A stretch of DNA of 64,000 nt, taken from NCBI RefSeq assembly GCF_001194135.2, contig NC_068995.1, positions 16,551,063-16,615,062 on the forward strand. The letters run 5' to 3'. The notes below the pieces were generated by a model, which was not told the DNA's origin, ran no database searches, and saw only the letters and a list, made by a program, of their open reading frames with translations. Made by a program: the position numbers and the translations under genes. The DNA is from Octopus bimaculoides. Its lineage: Eukaryota. Of the stretch, positions 27,626 through 38,275 are shown piece after piece (the first letter of the stretch is position 1; the number at the start of each line of letters is the position of its first letter).

Positions 27626-28082
27626 AGCCACACCTGATATTTATCTATCTATCTGATATATATATATATATATATATATCACTAATGTTTATTTTAAATA
27701 AAATTATATATAAGGTCAACTTATCATTAAATTGAAGAACCACTCAATACTTTTCACTGATGTATATATTTATCTTTGTCAAAGAACATTTCAAACAACT
27801 AATCCCAAGACACCTTCTTTCTAAAACCCAAGAAAATAATTTCAACTCCAGATATTTTTTCAACCAGTATTTATAAGAGGTACGAATTTTCTATGAAAAG
27901 ATCATTCATGATGAATCCCTGAAAGAGACAAGAATGCCAAATAAATGGTTTTTATCCAAATCCTGACTACTTTTTTCTTAATGTATGAAATTTGTGCACC
28001 ACTTCAAACAATCTATTATTATACATGCGCACATGCATCCATACATGCATACATATATATGTATATCTTTGTTTTATTTCAG

Positions 28083-28283
28083 GTCTTGTATGGTGCTCTG
28101 ACAACAGCTTCAAAACAAGATCTAATGCTCTCTAGTCGCCAGTATACGTCGGGTGGTCACCAAGAGCAACACAACATCCTGCCTTTGGTCACATGTCAGC
28201 ACAGATTCCCTCTGTTACCTCTAAGTACAACACATTCAAACAGGACTATTTTACCTCAACCTCTACTGCAATCACTACCAAGG
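28083..28283 (+). CDS. COG1: COG1 internal (late) exon
   Basis: Acceptor ttttatttcAG at 28081-28082 and donor GTaagt at 28284; 201 nt, phase 0-0. Encodes VLYGALTT...EQHNILPLVTCQHRFPLLPLST..., matching COG1 VLFG...EPHNILPLASSQIRFGLLPLS and continuing in frame from the previous exon. Confidence 0.9.
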
Positions 28284-28436
28284 GTAAGTGTAAGAAAATT
28301 ACATCATGAATTGAACATGTGTGTGCATGTGTGTATGTGTGCACATTATGATATAGAGGTCGATATATGGCCTTTGTCATTTATCAGTTAGTCTGATGTT
28401 AGCTGAAGTATAACAATAAACTAGTGAATGTTCTCC

Positions 28437-28715
28437 TATGAAGAACTTCTTACCACACTAAAGAAATGAAAGCTCAGGTGGTTTGCGCATGTCACCTGCT
28501 CATCAGGGATGGCGAAAACAATCCTTCAAGGAACAGACAAAGGTGGCAGACAGAGAAAGAGGTGGGAAAACAGCATCTTTGAGAGGACAGGCCTAAAGAT
28601 GAGAGATGCAGTGTGAGAGACAGATACAGGTGGAGGGACCTTGTTGCAAGATCATCAGTGTTGCCCCATCAATCAGCCAGACTACAGGATGTGTAATGTA
28701 ATGTAATGAATGTTT
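28437..28715 (+). mobile_element. RTE (BovB-like) LINE 3' end relic
   Basis: Translates YEELLTTLKK*KLRWFAHVTCSSGMAKTILQGTDKGGRQRKRWENSI..., the typical RTE C-terminus, then a (TGTAA)n tail. Confidence 0.75.
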
Positions 28716-29390
28716 GGTGGAATATATTAAACAAGTATTGATGATTGATAGTATGCCTTTATGATGTTTGATGGAGTGTATAAACAAAGAGGTGATGTCT
28801 GATGTAAAATATTTACAAATTAATGGTGTTTTATGGAATGTACAAATGGATGAATAAAGAAGTAATGTTGGGAATATGTTAAAAAGGTTGTGGATTTGAA
28901 TGGTATATATTTACATAGTGGTGACTGATAAGACACGTTAACAATGCTGTGTGATGTTTAAGGGAATATATTATGATTATGGAATATTATCATGATTACT
29001 GATGGATGATAATAATAAAGCTGTGATGTTTGATGAAAATATATTAAAATAATAATATTTGATGAAATAGATTAAGAAAACTGATGTTCAGCTAGAATAT
29101 TAAGAATGCAGTGATGTTTGAGAATATATTACCAGAACCAATGTTTGATATATGTTAATAAATATATTAATAATTGAATGATGTTTGGTAGAAGATATTA
29201 ACAAAACAGTGATATTTGATGGAATATATTGGTAAAACTGATAGAATGACTATACAGATATTAAGAAAGCTGTGATATCTGATGGAATATATTAACAAAA
29301 CTAATGCTTGGTGGAACATATTACAAGGCTGTGTTCAACAACCAATATAATAAACAAGGTTGTGTTTAATAACCAATATAATCTAATAGC
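28715..29390. repeat. Degenerate ~30 bp minisatellite
   Basis: Recurrent GTGATGTTTGATGGAATATATTAACAAAAC-like units. Confidence 0.7.
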
Positions 29391-29770
29391 ATTAATAACA
29401 ACTAGAGGATTAAAGGCAGTGAACAGGAAATATATTAGCAGTTAACACATTATTTCTTTATTTGAGCAAACAAAAGAGATTACTTTAAACACTTGCCTTA
29501 TCTTTCATGTTTTACTTGTTTCAGTCATTAGACTGTGACCATGCTGGGGCAACGCCTTGAACAATTTTTAGTTGAATGAATCAACCACAGTCCTTTTTTT
29601 TGTTTTTGTCTTTTCTCATCATGGTTCTTACTCCTTTTGTCCAACTGTTAGGTTACAGTGCCATAGATGTTTCTTATGTTCAGTTATAATAAAAATAATT
29701 TTACATTAATCTGATGGGTTACTCTATACTTTTGAAGAGTACAAATTTATTATTCTTACACAAGAATAAT

Positions 29771-30177
29771 AGGCGCAGGAGTACCTGTGTGGTAAGTAGC
29801 TTGCTTACCAACCACATGGTTCTGGGTTCAGTCCCACTGCGTGACATCTTGGGCTAGTGTCTTCTACTATAGCCTCAGGCCGACCAAAGCCTTGTGAGTG
29901 GATTTGGTAGACGGGAACTGAAAGAAGCCCATCGTATATATGTATATATATGTATGTGTGTGTGTTTGTGTGTCTGTGCTTGTCCCCCTAGCATTGCTTG
30001 ACAACCGATGCTGGTGTGTTTATGTCCCCGTCACTTAGCGGTTCAGCAAAAAGAGACCGATAGAATAAGTACTAGGCTTCCAAAGAATAAGTCCCGGGGT
30101 TGATTTGCTCGACTAAAGGCGGTGCTCCAGCATGGCCGCAGTCAAATGACTGAAACAAGTAAAAGAGTAAAGAGTAA
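29771..30177 (+). mobile_element. SINE family A, full-length, comparatively young
   Basis: ggcgcaggagtacctgtgtggtaagtagc (A-box), gggttcagtccc (B-box), body and aaaagagt tail; many CpG retained. Confidence 0.9.
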
Positions 30178-30753
30178 AAACGGTGTTGATAGTGACTTAA
30201 AAGTTTTGACCAGTTAAGCCATCATCAAGCTTCTTTCAGTTTTCATCTGCCAAATTCATTCACAAGGCTTTGGTTAGCCTAAGGTTATAGTAGAAGACAC
30301 CTGCTCAATGTGCTGCACAATGGCATTAAACTTGCAACCATGTGGTTGAGAAGCAAGTTTTTTATCACACAGCCATGCCTGCATACTATTACTGTTGTAG
30401 CTAACTCACTATTATATAGAATGCTACTTGTGCCTATAGTTGCTTAGTCTGTTTCTAAAATTTATCATTGGATAATATATTGTGTATTTATTACTATTTT
30501 ATACCAGATTATTCACATTGTGTTGTCTCACTACACCTATCGTTTACCAATTACATACACCGAGTCGTGTAATTCTAACTGTTTTATAGTCATTTATACA
30601 ACATTGTGCAATCTAAATTTTACTACTACATACTCAGTGAGCTGTCTATTAGTAGTTTATATGATTTACATATGAAGTAAAAGCATCTTCAATTTAACAA
30701 ATATCATTAAATACACTTTGTTTACGTTATTTACCCTCATCTTGTTTGTTGTT

Positions 30754-30799
30754 AACACAATGTTTCGGCTGATATACCCTCCAGCCTTCATCAGGTGTC
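30754..30799 (-). ncRNA. Antisense copy of the same hammerhead
   Basis: Reverse complement reads gacacCTGATGAaggctggagggtatatcagccGAAAcattgtgtt; G16.2 changed to A by apparent CpG decay. Confidence 0.6.
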
Positions 30800-31027
30800 C
30801 TGGGGAAATTTCGAACCTGGGTTCTCATTCCTAAGGGACTCTTCGATATTATTATTATTACCACTACGCCATATGCCCGTGGGCATGTAGCATAGTGGTT
30901 AAGAGCATGGGCTACTAACCCCAAGATTCTGAGTTCGATTCTAAGCAGTGACCTGAACAATAATAATAATAATAATAACATTGAAAAATACCTTAGGAAT
31001 GAGAACCCAGATTCGAAATTTCCCCAA

Positions 31028-31073
31028 GACACCTGATGAAGGCTGGAGGGTATATCAGCCGAAACGTTGTGTT
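31028..31073 (+). ncRNA. Minimal type I hammerhead ribozyme
   Basis: Stem I GACAC / GTGTT; CTGATGA plus an extra A; stem II GGCTG / CAGCC; GAAA; palindromic stem III AC-GT; predicted GUU cleavage after 31068. Confidence 0.7.
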
Positions 31074-33300
31074 AACAACAAACAAGATGAGGACAAATNN
31101 NNNNNNNNGGAGGGTATATCAGCCGAAACGTTGTGTTAACAACAAACAAGATGAGGACAAATATCCGTCGAATGTAAATAATGTACATAATTCCTCATCT
31201 CTTAAATATAGAACTGTATTATCATTAAATACGTATACCAATGTATATGCTTTGTGTATTTTTTGGTGGCTGCTGTGGCGTGGTGGAGTATATAACTATC
31301 AAGTTGCTGGTGTTAAAACATCTTAGTCATGGACAGACAACATACTCACCCACATTCTTTCTTTGTTCAGTCCCACTGCATCACACCTTGGGCTGACCAA
31401 AGCCTTGTGAGTGGATTTAGTAGGCAGAAACTGAAAGAAGTGTGTGTCTTTGTTTGTCCTCCACCATTGCTTGATAACCGATATTGGTGTGTTCACGTCC
31501 CCGTAATTTACTGGTTCGGCAAAAGAGACTAATAAGTACTAGGCTTACAAAGAATAAGTCTTGGGGGCGATTTGTTTGACTAAAAAAAAACCCATTTAAG
31601 GCGGTGCTCCAGCATGGCCACAGTCAAATGACTTGTTTTGAATTAATCATGCATTATCTTGTAACTTTGGTATTGCAATGATATAATTGTATATTTCTAG
31701 TATGACATTGCAGGGTCGGTGTATGAGGTCAAATTCTGACATTTTGAACATAAAACAAACAGGTAGAATATTTGGGCTGAATATGGCTGGTTTAAATACC
31801 AAAGGGTTAAGCATTAAATAGTTGATTAGTTAGTGCCTTACGAATTTTAACTAATTTGTATGTTAATCCATTGATGTACATATCTTTGCTAAGCTAATTA
31901 GTGCTTTGGAACTAAATGTTATTTATACACTCTGCTTATAACTAGTTAGTTATGTTGTGTATTTATAAGTAATTATTGTATTCACTTTAACTCACATCCT
32001 TGTATTTATTATTCATAACGAGTTATCATACCAGGTACAGTAATTGGAGAAAGTTCAGGAGTCTAGGGGGAAGTGGTTTGTTCCAGGAGCAGGAAGTAAA
32101 TAGCATAGGGTGGGTGGGGGGTACTGTTAATGGGATTATGTGTGGTTAAGAGCAAAGGTGAAGATCTGATAGCCTATCTTAATTAAACAGCTTGACTGTG
32201 GTTCTGGTAGTTGAGAGTCTGCGGATGGTTTGGTGGGTGATGTCTTAAGTGTTTGTAAGAACTGAAACGGGGGGGGGGGAGAAAAAAATTTGAGTGATGT
32301 TGTCAAAGCAAACATTTAGATGAAAAATAAGAAATAAATAAAGATTGTGTGTTGTTGGGTTGGTGGGTTGGTGGGAGGAGCGGACCCCTCTGTGGCGGTT
32401 ATTGTGGTGGGCTTAGCATTGTAATTTGTCACCAGGGGCAAATATTTGCCCTGATCTCTTCCACTTATCATTAATCAGTCAATAGAGAGAAGTGTGATGA
32501 TCAAAGTTGCATTCCTCTAGCATCACCTCTCCACCCACGCCCACCGTCCCTGTCATGTTGTTAGACTTCACTGACTTTGTTCTGCTTTGGCATGAAGACT
32601 GCTCCCCCCTCCCCCACACATCCTGCTGCTGCTGTCTAAGTTTTCTATGTCTGGCAGCAGCAGAACACTTTATGCCCCACTGAAATGGAGGGCTATGATG
32701 ATGATAATGATGGTGACTGTTGTAGTCTCGATGAAGGGTTGACAGATTCAGAAAAAGTGAGAAAGCTAGGGATTGCCAAAACTTCTCTAATGTTTTAACT
32801 ATAATAAGAGACAAATAAAGGACAATGTAAATAACACTATGCTCTGTGTGAGAGAGAGAGAGAGAGAGAGAGTGTGTGTGTTTATATATGTGAAAGATGT
32901 TAGTGGAGGATGATAAAGCTATTGTCTGATTGGTTGACATTTGGTTTATGAGTGTTTACTTGCTTCTAGGAATGGCCACTTTCGGTTCTCCACAGAACTG
33001 CAAGTTTATCTTGTCTCTGTCTGTCTGCCTGTCTCTCTTTTTCTCTACTAATTCTTAATGAAATCTCCAATGAGCGTATCCAAACTTGCCTGGTTAGATA
33101 GACATATTGATAGTTAGTATGGACATTCATACAGAAAGATAAAGAATTATAATAGTAGCAGCAGAAGAGGTGGTGCTGGTGTCAGTGGGTATGGTTGTCA
33201 TTTAGCTCCAGGAAGACCCTGATTTACGAGACCTAGGATCAAGACATTCCATCCACAATAATAATAATAATAATGATACTACTACTACTAATAATAATAA

Positions 33301-34140
33301 TCCTTTCTACTAAAGACACAAGGCCTGAAATTTGGGGGAAGGAGGACTAGTCAATTACATCAACCCCAGTGTTTCACTGGTACTTATTTCATCAACCCCA
33401 AAAGGTTGAAAGGAAAAGTTGACCTCAACAGAATTTGAACTCAGAACATAAAGACAAATGAAATACTGCTTAGCATTTCAACCGATGTGCTAATGATTCT
33501 GCCAGTTTGCCACCATAATAATAATAATCCTTTCTACTGAAGGCACAGGCCTGAAATTTGGTGGGAGGAGATTAGTCAATTACATTGACCCCAGTGTTCC
33601 ACTGGTACTTAATTTATTGACCCCGAAAAGATAGGCAAAGTTGACCTTAGTGAAATCATGAAATAGTGATAGGCAAAGCATTTCATTCAGCGTGCTAACG
33701 ATTCTGCCAGCTCACCACCTTAATAATAATAATCCTTTCTACTATAAGCACATGGCCTGAAATTTTTGGGGAGGGAACCAGTCAATTACATCAATCCCAA
33801 TGTTTCACTGGTACTTAATTTATCGACCCCGAAAAGATGAAAGGCAAACTCAGAACATAGCGGCAGATGAAATACCGCTAAGCATTTTGCCCATCGTGCT
33901 AATGATTCTGCTAGCTCACCACCTTAATAATAATAGTAATAATCTTTTCTACTCTAGACACAAGGCCTGAAATTTTTGGGGTGGGGGCCAGTCGATTAGA
34001 TCGACCCCAGTATGCAACTGGTACTTAATTTATCCACCCTGAAAGGATGAAAGGCAAAGTTGACCTCAGAAGATAGTAGCAGGCGAAATACCGCTAAGCA
34101 TTTCACTCAGCATGGTAACGATTCTGCCAGCTTACTGGCA
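33301..34140 (-). mobile_element. Four head-to-tail SINE family B copies separated by (TAA)n
   Basis: Units start tc[ct]tttctact at 33301, 33528, 33733 and 33943; the first three end at (c)accacc or gccacc, the fourth at cttactggca. Confidence 0.9.
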
Positions 34141-35044
34141 TTTATAATACTAGTAATTTCTTTTTAAATTTCTTTTAATGATTTTAAACTTTGGGACGAG
34201 GCCAACAGAATGGGAGAGTGTATACATATATAAACATGTGTATGTGTATATAAACCTACTAAGAGATGGGGGATACACTCAGCAAACATGATTTAATGAT
34301 CAATAAATGAGAATTAAACATCATCTTCTTTTGTTTGTGTGTTACTTATGTTTTTATGGTACGTCATAAGAGTAATTTCATGTTGATGTTAGTTACACAT
34401 TAAAGAAATTTCAAAATATTTGGAAAGAAAGTTATGTTGGAGGGGTGTGCATAGTGACCCAATAAAAGTTGTAGAATAAAATTTATTGTTATTATCTAGA
34501 ATTTTGCTCCATTGAAATTTGGTTTGATTGAGTTCAAAAGTTTAATACAAAAGATAAATAGATAACATAGAATAACACTAAAATTAAGTAATAAAATGTA
34601 TTAAACTTTAATACACACATATAAACATATCTCTGTGTGTGGTGCATATTTAGATCATAATTTAGAAGTATTGAGGAATATGGAAATAAGTCCTTTGTGC
34701 TAAGTATCTTGAATGTAAATGAAGTTGTAAATTATAGCTCTTAATACATTGCTTAAAAAAGCAAAAAGCCACTTGTGGGGCATGTGTTGCACCTCTGCCA
34801 TATACTGGGTAGTCATGATGCCAAAGTGACACCAATGTGGCTCCCTGACTTTTAACCTTCCAAATTATTTATTTTAATCTTACAAACAAGAAAGGGAGTT
34901 TGTTTATAATGCGATTGTAATTTAGAAGCATTGAGAAATATAGTAATATCTTCTAGCTGCATACAGTAGTAGGATAGAAGCTGTTTCTAAATTGCCTAGT
35001 TGTTGTTTTTGATAACTGATGACTCAATTGTTAACTTAGCGGCT

Positions 35045-35272
35045 TTAACCTTTTAGCATTCAGATTACTCAGTCAAATATGATGTGTATTGGGTCACATT
35101 ATTTTGAATCAATCATGTATTATCTCTTATCTTTGAGATTTCAAAGATGTGATTGTTTAATTTTAGAATGACATTGTAAAGTAGGTGTGAGAGGTCAGAT
35201 CTGGCCGGTTTTATCACAGAAAGGATAGAATATTTGGGTTTGATGTAGCCAATTTAAATGCTAAAGGGTTAA
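35045..35272. mobile_element. TTAA-flanked MITE (piggyBac-like termini)
   Basis: TTAAccttttagcatt ... aatgctaaagggTTAA terminal inverted repeats; a truncated relative ends at 31810. Confidence 0.7.
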
Positions 35273-37559
35273 TTGTGTATACTTGTATGTGAAATTTGGC
35301 CTATTATTAGGTGCATCATTCTGCAAAGAAGTGTGCTCATTAGATAGGTTTGGAGTGGAGAAATATATTTCAGGAAGTTACACTTAGTCTTGAAAGGACA
35401 GAAATTCAAGCATTGGCATTTCAGTGGGCTTACACTTTGGGTATATGTGTGGTGCCAATGTTACTGTGGGTTCATAATAGATGTATGTAGATTCCATCCA
35501 TTATTATTCTACCTCAGTAGTGGCTCCTTGCCTTGTTGTGCTGCTCTCAATGGTATCATCTGATGTAGTTTGGAAGCAGCCTGTTTTCTGTTACAAATGG
35601 AACTGGGAGTTTTAGGCACAGATAACAGCAAAAGACTGGTCAGTAACACAATCTTTCCATTCCAGAACTGCAAATTCCCTGTCTGTGAAGGAGGCTATAG
35701 TGATACTTTCTCCTGTGGTGTGAAATTTGGCCTATCATTAGCTGCAGCATGCTCATTAGATAAGTTTGGAGTGGAGAAATATATTTCAGGAAGTTATACT
35801 TAGTCATTGTCAAATTCATACTTCATTGCCTAATATGTGAAGGATTACAATCTGATAAAGAACTGGATGTTCTTAAAGGAATTCTTTGCCAACTTATAGC
35901 AGTGGAAACAGCTAGGATCATGGACTTCGAAACACAGTTTGATTGGAATACAGATTGCATTGCTATGTGTAGGAATAAACCCTTCAAGATGGAATGGCTC
36001 CTTCACAATTTTTCAGAATAGTGCATTTGTAATTTTGACTTCTAGGAGGATGAAAAAATTTGCATGTAATATATTTCTCATTAGCATAAATTTTGAAATA
36101 CAAATTTCACAATTAATTAAAGAAAAATTTATTTTTTTCTTACACACACACACACATGCATGCAGATAAATGCATACGCACGCATGCACACTAATTAGCC
36201 TTTTACATCCGTTCAAAGCAAGCAAGAAATGGAGCAACTATTTTTACAGTCAGTAAGATGCTTATTCTTACTGGTAAACATTACTGGGATTTGATGAAAA
36301 ATAGAAATAGAGGATAGTGTCTTCTATGTTTTAATTTGTTGCCAAGACAAATATATGTGTGTGTGTGTGTGTGTGTGTATGTTTATACAAGTTGTAGTAA
36401 ATAATTTTAGCTTACTTTTGTCATCCATATTTGAGGCCAGTTCTTTGTGTTTGTTTAAAGCTGTGATTTGAAACTGAAATTTGAAAATGACAGATGCGAA
36501 ATATCATAAACTGAAAAATGAGTTTTAAAAATTCAGTAAAATTAAAACTGAAAATTCAAATTCTAATTTAATTTAAAAAAAAAAAAAACTTATGTATTTC
36601 AAATTTATGTTAGCAAAGCAAAAATCAGTTTTAATGAATTNNNNNNNNNNNNNNNNNNNNNNNNNNNNNNNNNNNNNNNNNNNNNNNNNNNNNNNNNNNN
36701 NNNNNNNNNNNNNNNNNNNNNNNNNNNNNNNNNNNNNNNNNNNNNNNNNNNNNNNNNNNNNNNNNNNNNNNNNNNNNNNNNNNNNNNNNNNNNNNNNNNN
36801 NNNNNNNNNNNNNNNNNNNNNNNNNNNNNNNNNNNNNNNNNNNNNNNNNNNNNNNNNNNNNNNNNNNNNNNNNNNNNNNNNNNNNNNNNNNNNNNNNNNN
36901 NNNNNNNNNNNNNNNNNNNNNNNNNNNNNNNNNNNNNNNNNNNNNNNNNNNNNNNNNNNNNNNNNNNNNNNNNNNNNNNNNNNNNNNNNNNNNNNNNNNN
37001 NNNNNNNNNNNNNNNNNNNNNNNNNNNNNNNNNNNNNNNNNNNNNNNNNNNNNNNNNNNNNNNNNNNNNNNNNNNNNNNNNNNNNNNNNNNNNNNNNNNN
37101 NNNNNNNNNNNNNNNNNNNNNNNNNNNNNNNNNNNNNNNNNNNNNNNNNNNNNNNNNNNNNNNNNNNNNNNNNNNNNNNNNNNNNNNNNNNNNNNNNNNN
37201 NNNNNNNNNNNNNNNNNNNNNNNNNNNNNNNNNNNNNNNNNNNNNNNNNNNNNNNNNNNNNNNNNNNNNNNNNNNNNNNNNNNNNNNNNNNNNNNNNNNN
37301 NNNNNNNNNNNNNNNNNNNNNNNNNNNNNNNNNNNNNNNNNNNNNNNNNNNNNNNNNNNNNNNNNNNNNNNNNNNNNNNNNNNNNNNNNNNNNNNNNNNN
37401 NNNNNNNNNNNNNNNNNNNNNNNNNNNNNNNNNNNNNNNNNNNNNNNNNNNNNNNNNNNNNNNNNNNNNNNNNNNNNNNNNNNNNNNNNNNNNNNNNNNN
37501 NNNNNNNNNNNNNNNNNNNNNTTCTATTATATAATAGAAGATGGCTGAAATATTAAATA

Positions 37560-38275
37560 TGGCATGTAACAGTATTTTATTGTTTTGTCTTAGTTGTGAG
37601 TTCAAATCCTATTGGAGTCAAATAGTAATATAAACATCATGGTTTCAATTCCCATTGGAGTCAGCTTTCTTTTCATCTACCCAGTATTGATGAATTAAAA
37701 CTTTACCCTGTTTCAATTATAAGGGGTTCATTTATGCTATTTAACACAGTATTTCCGTTTTTAACCCTTTCATTTCCCAGTTCAAATTCCTCTTGGGCCA
37801 ACTTTCAACTCTGCAGGATTGATAGAATAAATGACACTGATATTAGGACTGAGTTACATTATGTAGCCTTGTATTTCAGTGTTTTGATCCACTCTGTCCT
37901 GAGTTCAAATCACACTACAGTCAATAATAAACTTTTTTTTATCTTTCCAGGATTAGTAAAATATGCAACAGTTACATATAGGTTGATTTATATTGTGTAA
38001 CACGGTACTCTAGTCTTGTATATCTCTGTTCTGAGTTCAACATTAAACTTCTTTCATTTCTTAAGGATTAGTAAGTAAGTGAAACTAACACATGGATTGA
38101 TTTATATCATGTAACACAGTATTCTTGTGTAGTACCTCTTCATTCTGAGTTCAAATCCCTCTGAGGTCAACAGTAAAAATAGGTGACAGTAGTGATACAA
38201 AGGCCTATATTTTATGTTATGTAACAATAGTACTTAAATTTTCTCCTCTGTTCTGTGTTCAAAAACCATGACTGT
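37560..38275 (+). repeat. Old tandem array of SINE-B-derived ~110-180 bp units
   Basis: (ga)gttcaaa motifs at about 37598, 37779, 37901, 38033, 38147 and 38255, each preceded by a gtaacacagta-like motif. Confidence 0.65.

Larger units (their letters stand above)
30727..31205 (+). mobile_element. tRNA-headed, hammerhead-bearing short element with an inverted copy of its tail
   Basis: 30727-30860 is the reverse complement of about 30961-31098. tRNA-like head 30881-30953 (A-box TAGCATAGTGG, B-box GAGTTCGATTC, loop CTACTAA); (AAT)n linker; HHR at 31028-31073. Confidence 0.8.

Noticed and set aside
30881-30953. Functional tRNA-Ser(ACT)
   Set aside because: Acceptor and T stems are broken and the anticodon is unusual; it is the head of a repeat.
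33301-34140. CRISPR-like repeat-spacer array
   Set aside because: The units are ~200 bp SINE copies, there are no unique spacers or cas genes, and the sequence is eukaryotic.
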